Positions 26,030-40,220 of a stretch of 64,000 nucleotides of DNA are shown here, piece by piece. Location of the stretch: positions 5,580,001 through 5,644,000 of the forward strand of contig OX597815.1 in assembly GCA_951406725.2 (NCBI GenBank). Reading direction: 5' to 3'. How positions within the stretch are numbered: the first letter of the stretch is position 1; the number at the start of each line of letters is the position of its first letter. Below the pieces are notes generated by a model, which saw only the letters and a list, made by a program, of their open reading frames with translations, had not been told where the DNA came from and did no database searches. This stretch comes from Octopus vulgaris (taxonomy: Eukaryota). A program made the translations under genes and the position numbers.

Positions 26030-27810
26030 ATTGGACATTGTAACAGAATGGACATTATAACAATAGTGAAACAAAGCAATATAATGTGAACAGGATGACA
26101 CGGGACGATATATATTAAAAGAAACGCAATAATGTAAACATAACAGAATATACATTGTTGAGAGACAAGAGATATACATAACAATAAACATAACAATGCT
26201 TTATATAAATATTGGAAAATATTGCAAACATAACATTGATATAACAACGTGAACAGAACAAAATATAAACAAAATATAAACAAAACAAGCATATTGTAAA
26301 TATTGATATCAACACAGTATTGTAAACACGTCAAGGACATCAACATGGTATTATAAACATATTGTAAATACTGATAACAACATAGTACAGCAAACATACA
26401 GACATCAAAATGATAATGTAAAAGCGACAGTGATAACAATACGGTACAAGAAAACATAACATTGATATTAGCATAGTATTGTAAACATGACACGGCAATG
26501 GTTTATTGGGGACATGAGAGGCGGGGTGTTATCGTTCAATATCATCTTTGTTGTTAAAATGTTGTCGGAAGTACACATTATTAAGTAGGTCGTTCTGCAT
26601 GAGTGTTCAATAACCCGGCTTTTATAATATTCAGTCAAAGCTTCTAGAAACTTCAACAGAACTATTTCATAGGAAAATTCACAAAACTTATTTTCAAATC
26701 TACTGCTTATTTAGTTATACATCAGCCAATCTGACCGGCCAAACCATTAAAAAGCACCATCTGTTCATGGCCATTGCCAGCGCCGCCCCAACTGGCCTCC
26801 GTGCGTAAAAGCACCATCCGTTCGTGTCCGTTGCCAGCCTCGCCTGGCCCCCGTGCCGGTGGCATATAAAAGCACCATCTGTTCGTGGCCGTTTGCCAGC
26901 ACCATCTGGCACCTGTGTGGGTGGCACGTAAAAAGCACCCACTACACTCGTGGAGTGGTTGGTGTTAGGAAGGGCATCCAGCCGTAGAAACACTGCCAGA
27001 TCAGACTGGGCCTGATGCAGCCTTCTGGCTTCCCAGACCCCAGTTGAACCGTCCAACCCGTGCTAGCATGGAAAACAGACGATGATGATGATGATGATTA
27101 AAGCATTTAATGGTGACACAGTTAATTTCTCATAGATGGCCTTTGCCTTTTATGGCAATATAGTTAGGCTATGGTCCTACAATGAGAATCTGAGAGGGCA
27201 GAAAACCTAGTAGAATCCTTGCTAAAACATCACCAGGACATAAAAAAATTTGGTCTCACGGGGTCAAAGTTGCTGAGCTCCTTTCAAGTGTTGGGCCTCA
27301 TTGAGGCCATGACCGAAACCCCTTTGGCATTATGTCATGCTTGGGAAGAAGAAGACCCATCGAGCCGAACAAAATCGCAGTCATGGCAGATACCAGTGTC
27401 ACGCAAATGGCACCCATGCCAGTGGCACATAAAAGCACCTGTTACACTCTTGGAGTGGTTGGCATTAGGAACTGCATCCAGCCGTAGAAAAAACCATGCC
27501 AAATCAGAATAGAGTCTGGTACAACCTTCCAGCTTGCCAGCCCTGGTCAAATCATCCAACCCATGCCAGCATGGACAATGGACATTAAATGATGATGATG
27601 ATGATGATGATGACAACAATACCAGAACATCAACATAGTAATGTAAACATCAAGACATGAATATAATATTGTAAATATAACAAAGTTGTAAACACTGTAA
27701 TGTAAACAGCACAAAGATATCAACAATGTGATAAACACACAGTTCTGATATCAACATAGTAGTTAAACATATCAAACATTACAACAATGATATCGTCACA
27801 ACAATGATCT
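26030..27810. repeat. highly degenerate AT-rich tandem repeat, interrupted by family C copies
   Basis: Recurrent aacatattgtaaaca / ttgatatcaaca motifs at 26030-26490 and 27612-27810. Confidence 0.55.
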
Positions 27811-30524
27811 TTGGTTAGGGAATATTTTCAGGTTCTGAATAGGGATTTTTTTCTTTTATTATTTCGTTAATTTGAGAAGGACTCAGATTTGTATAGACTT
27901 CGTTTGGGTTGATGTTCAGTTTGTAACAATGAAAGTTATCATCATAATCATCATTGTTTAATGTCTGTTTTCCATGCTGGTATGGGTTGGATGGTTTGAC
28001 TGAAGACTGCCAAGCCAGGAGGCTGCACCAGGCCCCAATTTGATGAGGCAAGTTTTCTACAGTTGGATGTCCTTCTTAATGCCAACCATTTTGAGAGTGT
28101 AGAGGGTGCTTTTTACGTGCCACCGACACAGAAACCAGCGAGGTGGAAATAGCATCAGCCACGCTTGAATGATACTTTTTACATGACACTGGCACAGGTG
28201 CCAGTCAGGCCGCACTGGCATCAGTCACGCTCAAATGGTGATTTTTACAAGCCACTGGCACAGGTACCAGTGAGGTGGTACCGCCATTGGTCACAGTGGG
28301 AAGAAATTATTATTATTATTACTAAAACTCTGCTTGCAAAGACCTGTTGAGGCAAGTAAATCAAAATCAAATTCGATGACTGGCGTCCGTGATAGGGTGC
28401 AAAGAGCACCATACGAGTGTGATCATTGACAGAGTGGCTAACCGGCTTCCGTGCCAGTGACACGTGTAAAAGATTTGAGCGAAGTCGTTGCCAGTACCGC
28501 CTGACTGGCCCCGTGCCGGTGGCACATAAAAAGTACCCATTTTACTCTCGGAGCGGTTGGCGTTAGGAAGGGCATCCAGCTGTAGAAACATTGCCAGATC
28601 AAGATTGAAGCCTGGTGCAGCCATCTGGTTCACCAGCCCTCAGTCAAATCGTCCAACCCATGCTAGCATGGAAAGCGGACGTTAAACGATGATGATGATG
28701 ATTATTAAGATGGTGAGCAGGCAGAATCGTCTGAATGCCAAACAAGATGCTTGGTAGCATTTCATCCATCTTAACACTTGGAGTTCAAATTCCACCGAGA
28801 TTAACTTTGCCTTTCATTCTTTCAGGGCTGATAAAATAAGTACCTATTTCTTTACTACCCACAAGGGGCTAAACACAGAGGAGAAAAAACAAGGACAGAC
28901 AAACAGATTAAGTCGATTACATCGACCCCAGTGTGTAACTGGTACTTATTTAATCGACCCCGAAAGGACGAAAGGCAAAGTCAACCTCGGCGAACTTTGA
29001 ACTCAGAACGTAGCTACAGACGAAATACTGCGTACTATGGTCGATGTAATCAACTTATCCCCCCCCCAGAAATTGCTGGCCTGGTGCCAAAATTTGAAAC
29101 CGATATCTAAAAAAGACGAAAATAATCAAACTTTTTCATTCATTCATTCATTTTCCCCTGATGCTATTCTCGGTTGAATGTAGGTCTGCACTTTTAACAA
29201 ATATTTGCTTATCTTCAGAATTCATTTTTTTGCCTTTTTCACATGATTTTTGTGAACAAAGACATTTCTGTTTATAGATTTCCAAAAGGACAATTACAGT
29301 TTTCACGGGATTTTCTTCTCAATGGAGAGAATGTCGAGGGAGTTGCCTGGATGGCTTTTGTCTTTCATTTTTTTTAATTGTTTAGTTTGTTTCAGTCATT
29401 AGACTGTGGCCATGCTGGAGCCCAATACTTTTTTAAAGCTTCGTTTTGTTGAACCACTATGTTATGGGGACATAAACACACCATCACCGGTTGTCAAGCA
29501 GTGGTGGGGGGACAAACACAGACACAAAGACCCACACATGTAGATAAGGCTTTGATCATCCGAAGGCTGTAGTAAAAGTGTCCCTTGGGTAAGTGCCTTA
29601 CCCAAGGAACCATGCAGTGGGATTGAACCCAGAACCATGTGGTCGGGAAGCAAGCTTCTTACATAGCTCTCAGGGAGATCAACGACAGAGAATGTGACGA
29701 GGCTGGACCCCATTGAATCACAGGTACAGCTCATTTTAGCCAGGTGAGTAGACTGGAGCAACGTGAAAATAAAAAGTCTGGCCCAAAGCCACAACGTGCT
29801 ATCAGGGAGCGACCTCACGACCTTCGGATCGTGAGCCAAATGCCCTAACCACGAAGCCAGCGCTTTGCAAACTGTGGGTCCCCGGACCCTTCAGTGGGTC
29901 ACGTGATAAATAAAATGGGCGGCGACAGAAAAAGTTTGAAAAACGCTGAAGTAAATAATCCCCGCCTTTACAGAAGAGAAATTAGAAAGTAGGACACTTG
30001 TAGGAGGAAAGAGAAAGAAAGGCTGGCAAGAGAGAGTGTGTATCTGAGAGAGAGAGAGAGAGAGAGGGAGGCGTAGTGAGAGGTAGGCGTGCGTAAGAGA
30101 AAGAAGGAAAGCCAGGAAAGTGTGAGAGGGAGAGAAGGAAAGAGAGGCAGATGTGAGAGAGAGAGAGAGAGAAGGAGAGAGATGCAGATGTGTGAGAGAG
30201 AGAGAGAGAGAGAAGGAAAGAGAGGCAGATGTGTGAGAGAGGGAGAGAGAGAAGGAAAGAGAGACAGATGTGAGAGAGAGAGAGGAATGAAAATATCAGA
30301 GAGAGAGAGAGAGAGAGAGAAGGAAAGGGATGCAGGTGTGTGTGTGTCTAATTCTTGGAGAATGGAAAGAATTAAACATGAAAATAAATGAGAATTTTGC
30401 TGTTGTTTCCATCACCGAGGAAATCTGTAACAGCCCAAGCCATGACCATTCCTTCCTCTAAGAGGCGGAATTGTTCTTATCAAACGATACACTGTAAGGT
30501 GTATCAAGGTGCACCGAAAATATA

Positions 30525-30689
30525 CCGTATTCTAACGTGTATAACGAACCCTTTTTTGGTCGAAAATTAGGTTTAAAAAAAAACATGGGAGTTTCTTATA
30601 CATGGATAGTATTATAATCCCTTACAAAACCTTTTCTCCGAATTTTAAGCCCCCAAAATTAGGGGTTCCTTCTACACCTTAAAATATGG
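30525..30689. mobile_element. pogo/Tc1-type MITE, decayed
   Basis: TA-ccgtattctaacgtgtataa ... ttctacaccttaaaatatgg-TA imperfect TIRs. Confidence 0.5.
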
Positions 30690-31423
30690 TAATTTAGATC
30701 AAGGTGCACCAAGGATATAACTTACAATTTGTGAATATCTTTGCAAAGAATATCTGAGCGCCTTCGAAACCTAGTTAGAATCTCTACAGAATCGTCATCT
30801 TTGATGCTTAAAACATATTCATCAGAAAAATAATGATTTTTAGCGCACAAGATATTTCCGACTCTATTCTACAGGAATGCCGATGATATAAATAATTGTT
30901 TTGTTATATTTTCAGATGTTTTTACTAAATTTTCAACTCCAAAACGTAGCAGTCTTTTTACCGCTTCACACAAAGTGCACTCTGGAACATTTATTTTCTT
31001 AATTATTTCTCTCTAATGTGAGACAAAGCCAAAAAGAAAGAAAATAATAAACCTAGGGGAATTTGAGTGGGATTTGACTGTTATTTCTAGCAGGTCGATC
31101 GACCAAGTAGAGGTTCCTTCGTTTCTGTCCCGAGCTTAATTAGTTGGTTAAACTTGTGTGGCAGAAACGGAATGGTAGGGAAGAGGAGGACGACGAAGAT
31201 GAACGGGACAGAAGGCATGGGTGTGTATGTGTGTGTGGGAGGCGCGGGTTCGCTTCGCAACAGGTTGGTTCAGGGTTCGGTTTACAGCGTGGGGCATCTT
31301 GATAACCTCCAATGGATTTAACGAGAAAAATTTGACACACACACACACACACATATTGGTATACCTACACAAGTGCACCCCCTCATAATTTTCAGGAAAA
31401 TGGACAGTCTTCAATGAAACTCT

Positions 31424-31627
31424 GGCGATCTTTCGGTACAAGTACCATAACTGCCAATTATAAACCCACGTGGGTTTATTTACATTTCTGAAGAAAAAAA
31501 ACAAAACCTTTTCCCCCACCCCTAACCCCGCATATATATAAAAAAAAAACTTTACAGAAAGTGACGATCTTCTTCAAATGTAAACAAACAGACTTGGCAG
31601 CTTTGGTACTTGTACCGAAAGATCGCC
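31424..31627. mobile_element. Merlin-like MITE
   Basis: Perfect 24-bp TIR ggcgatctttcggtacaagtacca; 8-bp TSD gaaactct/gaaacttt; GG...CC termini. Confidence 0.75.
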
Positions 31628-31737
31628 GAAACTTTCTACAAATAAACTTCAGATGGTTTAGATTCTAATCACATCGGAATTTGTAATGAAAATGATTTTT
31701 TTAGAGATGAGGTGAGAAGTTTTGGAAGATTCAGCTA

Positions 31738-32092
31738 GTTTCCTCCTAACTTGCCGAAAAATGGGTATTTTCTAATGGAACTTTCTATAAATACCTTTCA
31801 GGTGGTGTAGATTACAATTATGTCGGAATTTAATATGAACAACAACAAAAAATGGTAAGCTGGCATATATACATATTGACACACACAACACAAAGTGGAA
31901 CTTGAAATTTCGAAAAATTGCGATGTGTGTCATCAGTGTGTATGTGTGTGAGTCCAACACTTTTTAGTTCTTTCTTTTTTGTTGTTGTTGTTCATATTAA
32001 AATCCGATCTAATCGTAATCTAGACCGGCCGAAGAGTATTTGTGGGAAATTTCATTTAAAAATATTCGTTTTTCTGGAAGTTATGAGGAAAC
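31738..32092. mobile_element. diverged inverted pair of Helentron/DINE-like fragments
   Basis: 31738-31856 is an imperfect reverse complement of 31975-32092. A third related copy (31380-31690) hosts the Merlin-like MITE. Class is tentative. Confidence 0.5.
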
Positions 32093-32124
32093 AAAGACGG
32101 AGACTCAACTTTTTTAGGTAACCC

Positions 32125-32549
32125 TACACACTCACACGCACATACATACATACACACACACAAATATATACATACACAAATATATACATACATACATGCA
32201 CACACACAAATATATTCATACATACACACACACAAATATATTCATACATACACACACACACACATACAAATATATACATGCATACATGCACACACACACA
32301 CATATACATGCATACACACACACATATACATGCATACATGCACACACACACAAATATATACATACATGCACACACACACACACAAATATATACATACATA
32401 CATACACAAATATATACATACATACATACACAAATATATACATACATACACACACAAACACAAATATATACATACATACACACACACAAATATATACAAA
32501 CATACACACACACATACACACATACACACACACATACACAAATATATAT

Positions 32550-32586
<37 letters not shown>

Positions 32587-32610
32587 GAGATAGATAGATA
32601 GATCGATAGG

Positions 32611-32655
<45 letters not shown>

Positions 32656-32711
32656 CGATAGGTAGATAGATAGATAGATAGACAGGTAGATAGATAGATA
32701 GATAGATAGAT

Positions 32712-32764
<53 letters not shown>

Positions 32765-32773
32765 TAGATAGAT

Positions 32774-32805
<32 letters not shown>

Positions 32806-32820
32806 GAGATAGATATTAGA
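32125..32820. repeat. (CA/CATA)n followed by (GATA)n microsatellites
   Basis: Direct inspection. Confidence 0.95.
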
Positions 32821-33333
32821 TGGCCGACAACCTAGGCAGGAGAAGTGCGCCCATCAACGATAAAGTTGACACGGTTCGCAGAAGTGCTTCCTCACGGATC
32901 CTTCCCTTCTTTGTGTTTGCCAGGTCCCACCTCGAATGCTTTTGCCAAACTTTCGTCTCCCTAAACAAAATAGAACTCCCACTTCGCTGTGTGCCCTACA
33001 TTATTTATACAGTGGAAAATATTCCATCAACATTGTCTAAATTAGTGGTTCTTTGACCCTTCTTGCCATTCGATGTTTTAAAAGACCCCATTATATTTTT
33101 TATAATAAGATATTATTAGAAATTGTGTAGGAAGACAATAGTTAGAATATTTTGTTTGTTACTGAAATATAACCAATTTTTCTCACATACGGATCCCCCA
33201 AAATCATGTGGAACCTGGTCTAAGTGATGCTGGTTTCAAGTAAACAAATCACAAGTTAAGTTAGTCCAGTTATCCGTGTACACTATGCATATATGTGTGT
33301 GTGTGTGTGTGTATGCGTGTGTGTGTGTGTGTG

Positions 33334-33380
<47 letters not shown>

Positions 33381-33819
33381 ATGTGTGTGTGTATGTATGT
33401 ATGTATATGTATATATATATATAAGTGTATATATATGTATATATATACGTATGTATATATGTATATATATGTGTGTGTGTATATGTATATATATGTGATG
33501 TGTATATGTATATATATATATGTGTGTGTGTATATGTATATATATATATGTGTGTGTATATGTATATATATATATATATGTGTATGTGTATATATATGTG
33601 TATGTATATATGTGTATATATATGCGTATGTATATATATATATATATATGTATGTATGTGTGTGTGTGTGTCTATATACGTGTGCAAAACTGGAATTGAT
33701 ACAGTCGACTGAAAACTCTCGAATGCAATGCCCCAGCATGGTCGCATTCGAGTGACTTGGAACTTAGTAAAAAAGACCAAAAAAACAGAAGAAGAAAAAA
33801 TAGAATAAATATTTAAAAT

Positions 33820-34310
33820 ACCTTTGAATAACTGTTTTATGTAAGTTTGTCACTTGCGTGATCCAGCAGTAATTTGTTGCAGCAATTAAGAGCTAATTAA
33901 GCGATAATTAATATATATATATCTGTTCGGTAGACGATCGCATAGAACAGGCCAAGTCCGCACCAGAATAGAGATGTATAAATACACACATATATATATA
34001 TATGTGTGTATGTGTGTGTATAAATATTAATATATAAAGCTATGTAGATATGTATGTGTGTATATAAGAGTTCTGTGATATAAACACTGTGTCAGATAGA
34101 AGAATGGTGAAGAGAGCCGGAGGTAAAGTGAAACTTTTTGGCAGTAAACATGCCAATAATAGACGGGCAGAAGAGAGAAATGTGTTCTTGGAATCTGCTG
34201 AACTTCGTCGTCGCTTCTCAACTTTTTCTCGACAGAGATATAGGAGGGAGGAGGGAGGGAGGAGGAGGAGGGCGTGCTATGTAGGTTGATGCGCGGGCGC
34301 GTGTAGATGA
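33820..34310 (-). promoter_or_regulatory. candidate promoter / non-coding first exon
   Basis: Unique, locally CpG-rich sequence (gcgcgggcgcg, cgtcgtcg) next to a polypurine tract; possible minus-strand donor AAAG|GTATTT near 33820. Inference only. Confidence 0.25.
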
Positions 34311-34394
34311 GTGTGTGTGTGTGTGTGTGTGTGCGAAAAAGAGAGAGAAGGTGAGTGTAGGTGTGTGTGTGTGCGCGAGAGAGAGAGAGAGGGT

Positions 34395-34660
34395 GAGTGT
34401 GTGTGCGCGTGTAAGTGAATGTGTGCCCGTGTAAGTGAGTGTGTGCGCGTGTAAGTGAGTGTGTGCGCGTGTAAGTGAGTGTGTGCGCGTGTAAGTGAGT
34501 GTGTGCGCGTGTAAGTGAGTGTGTGCGCGTGTAGGTGTGTGAGCGCGCGTGTAGGTGAGTGTGTGCCCGTGTAAGTGAGTGTGTGCGCGTGTAGGTGTGT
34601 GTGTGTGCGCGTGAGAGAGAGGGTGAGTGTGTGTGCGCGTGTAGGTGTGTGTGTGTGCGC
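34395..34660. repeat. 20-bp CpG-containing minisatellite
   Basis: Unit gtgtgcgcgtgtaagtgagt, about 10 copies. Confidence 0.92.
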
Positions 34661-34750
34661 GAGAGAGAGAGAGAGAGGGTGAGTGTGTGTGTAAATGTGA
34701 ATTACGTGTTTCACGCTCCTCTCTTTCTCTCTCTCTTTCTCTATGTTTCC

Positions 34751-34809
<59 letters not shown>

Positions 34810-34811
34810 AC

Positions 34812-34867
<56 letters not shown>

Positions 34868-35077
34868 TTAGGACCTGAAGAGAAAAGGAAAGTGAGAAGA
34901 AAGGCGCATGAGCGGAAACTGAATGGAGCGGAGTAAAGTAATCTAGATAAAGAGGGGGGAGGGTGGGAGGAGGAAAGAAAGAAAGGAAGAAAGAGAGCAA
35001 GTGAGGGAGAGAGGTAAATAAGTGTGTGTGTGTGTGTGTGGAGGTAGATGGAAATAGGCTAACACATCTGAGATACA

Positions 35078-36112
35078 ACCGCCGCCACCACCACCAATAC
35101 CACCACCGCCACCACCACTACCACCACAACCACCATCACCACCACCACCACCACCACCACTACCACCACCACCACCGCCACTACCGCCACCACCACTACC
35201 GCCACCAACACTACCACCACCACCAACATCCCCAACCGCCACCACCACCACTACCACCACCACCACCACCACCACCACCACTACCGCCACCAACACTACC
35301 ACCACCACCAACATCCCCAACCGCCACCACCACCACTACCACCACCACCACCACCACTACCACCACCACCACCACCACAACCACCTGCACCACCATCACC
35401 ACCACCACCACCGCCACCACCACCGCCACCACCACCACCATCACCACCACCACCACCATCACCACCGCCACCACCACCACCACCACCACCACCACCGCCA
35501 CCACCACCGCCACCACCACCACCACCACCACCACCACCATCATCACCACCACCACCACCACCACTACCACCACCACCACCACCACAACCACCTGCACCAC
35601 CACCACCATCACCACTACGAACATCCCCAACCACCACCACCACCACCACCACCACCACCCTTCATCCACATCTTCATGGTTGTCATCATTATCAACAACA
35701 ACAACAACACCACCACCACCACCACCACTAACACCACCACCACCACCACCACCACTACCACCACCACAACCACCACCACCACCACCACCACCACCACAAC
35801 CACCTGCACCACCACCACCATCACCACTACGAACATCCACCACCACCACCACCACCACCACCATCACTAAGCCTTCATCCACATCTTCATGGTTGTCATC
35901 ATTATCAACAACAACAACAACACCACCACCACCACCACCACCACCACCAACACCACACCACCACCACCACCACCGCCACTACTACCTGCACCACCACCAC
36001 CACCACCACTACCACCACCACCACCACCACCACCACCACTACCGCCACCAACACTACCACCAACCACCACCACCACCACCACTAACATCCCCAACCGCCA
36101 CCACCACTACCA
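35078..36112. repeat. (ACC)n complex trinucleotide repeat with block duplications
   Basis: Direct inspection; unique spacer ccttcatccacatcttcatggttgtcatcattatc occurs twice. Confidence 0.95.
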
Positions 36113-36439
36113 CTTGCTTGGTTTTAAAGAGGGAAGCAGTATGCTCGTCTCCTATTTCTTTTTTTTTTCTCTTGTAGCATTAATTGCATTTCTGCTCCAT
36201 CTCATCTAACCACCCCCACACACACACCCACACCACCCCCACACCACCACCCCACACACCTTGCAATAAAAACCACCGAACTGAATGGCAGGTGGTGATG
36301 TCTTCGACTCTTAAAAGCTTCAGGCTGCACCTTTGCAGAGTGGTTTTCGGTCATGTGAACACAGCGCCATGCTGGAGCACAGCACACAGCGGGCTTTTAC
36401 TAAATCAGATTGCTCTCAATATTGAATGCACTCTTTACT

Positions 36440-37063
36440 ACTCTAGGCACAAGGCTCGAAATGGGGGTTTTTTGTGGGGGGGGGGGCAGTTGATTAGATT
36501 AACCCTAGTACGCAACTGGTACTTAATTTATTTATCAACCCTGAAAAGAAGAAAGGCAAAGTCAACCTCGGTGGAATTTAAACTCAGACGAAATACCTAT
36601 TTCTTTAATGCCCACAAGGGGCTAAACACAGAGAGGACAAACAAGGACAGACAAAGGTTATTAAGTCGACTATATCGACCCCAGTGCGTAACTGGTACTT
36701 ATTTAATCGACCCTGAAAGGATCAAAGGCAAAGTCGACCTCGGCAGAATTTGAACTCAGAACGTAACGGCAGACGAAATACCTATTTCTTTACTACCCAC
36801 AAGGGGCTAAACACAGAGGGGACAAACAAGGACAGACACACAGATTAAGTGGATTATATCGACCCCAGTACGCAACTGGTACTTAATTGCGCACTAAAGG
36901 CGCAGGAGTGGCTGTGTGGTAAGTAGCTTGTTTACCAACCACATGGTTCCGGGTTCAGTTCCACTGCGTGGCATCTTGGGCAAGTGTCTTCTGCTATAGC
37001 CCCGGGCCGACCAATGCCTTGTGAGTGGATTTGGTAGACGGAAACTGAAAGAAGCCCGTCGTA

Positions 37064-37097
<34 letters not shown>

Positions 37098-37790
37098 TGC
37101 GTGTATGTTTGTGTGTCTGTGTTTGTCCCCCTAGCATTGCTTGATAACCGATGCTGGTGTGTTTATGTCCCCGTTACTTAGCGGTTCGGCAAAAGAGACC
37201 GATAGAATAAGTACTGGGCTTACAAAAGAATAAGTCCCGGGGTCGAGTTGCTCGATTAAAGGCGGTGCTCTAGCATGGCCACAGTCAAATGACTGAAACA
37301 AGTAAAAGAGTAAAGAGTAAAGAGTAATTTATCGACTCCGAAAGGATGAACGGCAAAGTCGACCTCGGCGGAATTTGAACTCAGAACGTAGCAGCAGACG
37401 AAATACCGCTAAGCATTTTGTTAGCACGCCGGGCGAAATGCTTAGCGGTATTTCATCTGTCATTACGTTCTGAGTTCAAATTCCGCCGAGGTCGACTTTG
37501 CCTTTCATCCTTTCGGGGTCGATAAATAAAGTACCAGTTATGCACTGGGGTCGATATAATCAACTTAATCTGTTTGTTTGTTTGTCCCCTCTGTGTTTAG
37601 CTCCTTGTAGGTAGTAAAGAAATAGGTATTAGGTTTGTCCTTATGTTCTGAGTTCAAATTCCACCGAGGTCGACTTTGCTTTTATCCTTTTGGGGTCAAT
37701 AAATTAAGTACCAGCTGCATACTGGTTCGATTTAATCGACTGGCCCCCACCCCCAAAATTTCAGGCCTTGTGCCTAGAGTAGAAAAGAGT
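36440..37790. mobile_element. nested SINE cluster: full-length family A (36897-37325, +) inserted in family B copies of both orientations
   Basis: Family B sequence is interrupted at acttaatt (36888) and resumes at aatttatcgac (37326). Confidence 0.85.
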
Positions 37791-38106
37791 ATTGAGTGCA
37801 CTCTGCAGCTTATTTAATCTATTCTTATTTGCTGAACTGCTAGGTCCATGTGGCTGTGCGGTAAGTCTTGGGCCAACCAAACCCTTGCGAGTGGATTTGG
37901 TAGGCAGAAACTGAAAGAAGCCCACCGAGTGGCTGTGTGGTAAGTAGCTTGCTTCCCAACCACATGGTTCCGGGTTCAGTCCCACTGCATGGCACCTTGG
38001 GCAAGTATCTTCTACTATAGCCTTGGGCCAACCAAAGCCTTGTGAGTGGATTTGGTAGACGGAAACTGAAAGAGGCCTGTTACATATAAATATATATATA
38101 TATATA

Positions 38107-38352
38107 TATAACAATTTAGGAATGACCCTAACAGGTCATTCGTCCACCAGAAAGAGCAGCCATAACTCACACCGCCAAGTAGTAGTAATTCAAAAATTAG
38201 GTGAAAATTCAAAAACATTTACCCTAATTCATCTTTTAGACGTTGCAACGTTTCTGTGTCATTAATGATTAAATTAGCTTAATTAAATTAAATTAAGCTA
38301 ATCTACCATGGGTTACACTTCATCAGTAAAGGGTCATTCCTAAATTGTTATA
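38107..38352. mobile_element. short element with terminal inverted repeats
   Basis: tataacaatttaggaatgaccct / agggtcattcctaaattgttata. Confidence 0.65.
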
Positions 38353-38448
38353 TTTATATACTTAGTCGCTGACTATTTTCTCTTTTCCACTAGGCCGTTG
38401 GTAGCGATAAATTTCTATTGAATTTTTTTTGCTACCCTAAATTGACTA

Positions 38449-38497
<49 letters not shown>

Positions 38498-39209
38498 AAT
38501 ATATATATATCATCATCATCATCATCGTTTAACGTCCGCTTTCTATGCTAGCATCAGTTGGACGATTTGACTGAGGACTGGCGAACCAGATGGCTGCACC
38601 AGGCTCCAATCTGATCTGGCAGAGTTTCTACAGCTGGATGCCCTTCCTAACGCCAACCACTCCGAGAGTGTAGTGGGTGCTTTTACGTGCCACCAGCACA
38701 AGGGCTACTCAGGCGGTACTGGCAATGGCCATGCTCAAAATGGTGTTTTTTACGTGCCACCTGCACAGGTGCCAGTCCAGCGGCACTGGCAAGGACTTCG
38801 CTCGAATGTTTTCAATGTGGTCAACTGGTACTTATTTTATCGACCCTAAGAGGGATAAAAGGCAAAGTCGACTTTAGTGGAATTTGAACTCTGAATGTAA
38901 TGACAGACAAAACAACCCTAAGCCTTTTGTCTGGTATGCTAACGATTCTGCAATCTCACTGCTTTAACCCTTTTGATACCAACCCAGATGAGACCACCAC
39001 TCACTCTGTAGTTCAAATAATAATAATGATAATGAATATTTCGTTTTGGGATTTGGTTTGTAAGATTCTTTATGTGAGTTCGTGTGTTGAAGCATATTCT
39101 GTTATGTCTGGGGAGAGTCATTTTCTTTTTGTGCCTTATAATTTGACCGGTGAGTGTGTTACATTATAAGGCACAAAAAGAAAATGACTCTCCCCAGACA
39201 CACCAGAAA

Positions 39210-39663
39210 GATAATGAAATTATTGTGTACAGTGCTCAGGTACACCACAACTCATCAAAGGTGCATCTATAACACATAGAATTATGTACGAAAGTCAGGA
39301 GAGTGAACAGTGTATGAATCATGATATACACAGGTGTGCATGCGTATGAAGGGGGTAGAGGGTATCAGTTGTAGTGTTGGCGAATTTCAGGAGGCATTGG
39401 CCGTTGCCAGCCTCGTCTGGACCCCGTGCCGGTGGCACGTAAAAAGCACCGTCCAATTGTGGTCATTTGCCAGACTCTCCTGGCACCTGTGCCAGTGGCA
39501 CGTAAAAAGCACCCACTACACTCACGGAGTGGTTGGCGTTAGGAAGGGCATCCAGCCGTAGAAACATTGCCAGATCAGACTGGAGCCTGGTGCAGCCTCC
39601 TGGCTTCCCAGATCCCCGGTCGAACCGTCCAACCCATGCTAGCATGGAAAACGGACGCTAAAC

Positions 39664-39721
<58 letters not shown>

Positions 39722-39960
39722 GTTTTAAAGGATGCAAGGTCTCGGCAGATAACAACTGATGCAGGTAGTTTGTTCCATGCTTCAGCATCTCTAAGTGTGA
39801 AAAGATGCTTCTGAAAGTCATGGGAGCTGTGCTGTTTTCTGATTTTGTAGGGCATGCCCACGTGTGTTAGACACATGGAGCTGAAAAAGGTGCTCAAGGT
39901 GGTTGATGGCATGATGGTCAATAATTACCAAGTTAGTTGTCAAACATTGGAGCTTCAATG
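39210..39960 (-). mobile_element. CR1-type LINE 3' end interrupted by a family C copy (39395-39717)
   Basis: KIRKQHSSHDFQKHLFTLRDAEAWNKLPASVV, same family as 11420-11715. Confidence 0.85.
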
Positions 39961-39989
39961 TATGGTGGTGGTGGTGGTGGTGGTGGTGG

Positions 39990-40027
<38 letters not shown>

Positions 40028-40159
40028 GTGATGGTGATGATGATGGTGATGATGATGATGGTGGTGATTGTGGTGGTGGTGATAGTGGTGGTGGTGGTGT
40101 TAGTTATGGTAGTGGTGATGGTGGTGGTGGTGGTGTGATGGTGGTAGTGGTAGTAGTGG

Positions 40160-40220
<61 letters not shown>

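Noticed and set aside
29278-29370. Plus-strand exon after tttctgtttatag
   Set aside because: No donor, no recognisable peptide and no partner exons.
35026-36177. 383-aa His/Pro/Thr-rich ORF resembling a mucin or extensin
   Set aside because: (ACC)n is stop-free in all frames; the ORF drifts between poly-H, poly-P and poly-T and has no credible start or splice context.
36897-36975. tRNA gene
   Set aside because: A/B-box head of a multi-copy SINE that continues into the SINE body; no complete cloverleaf evident.
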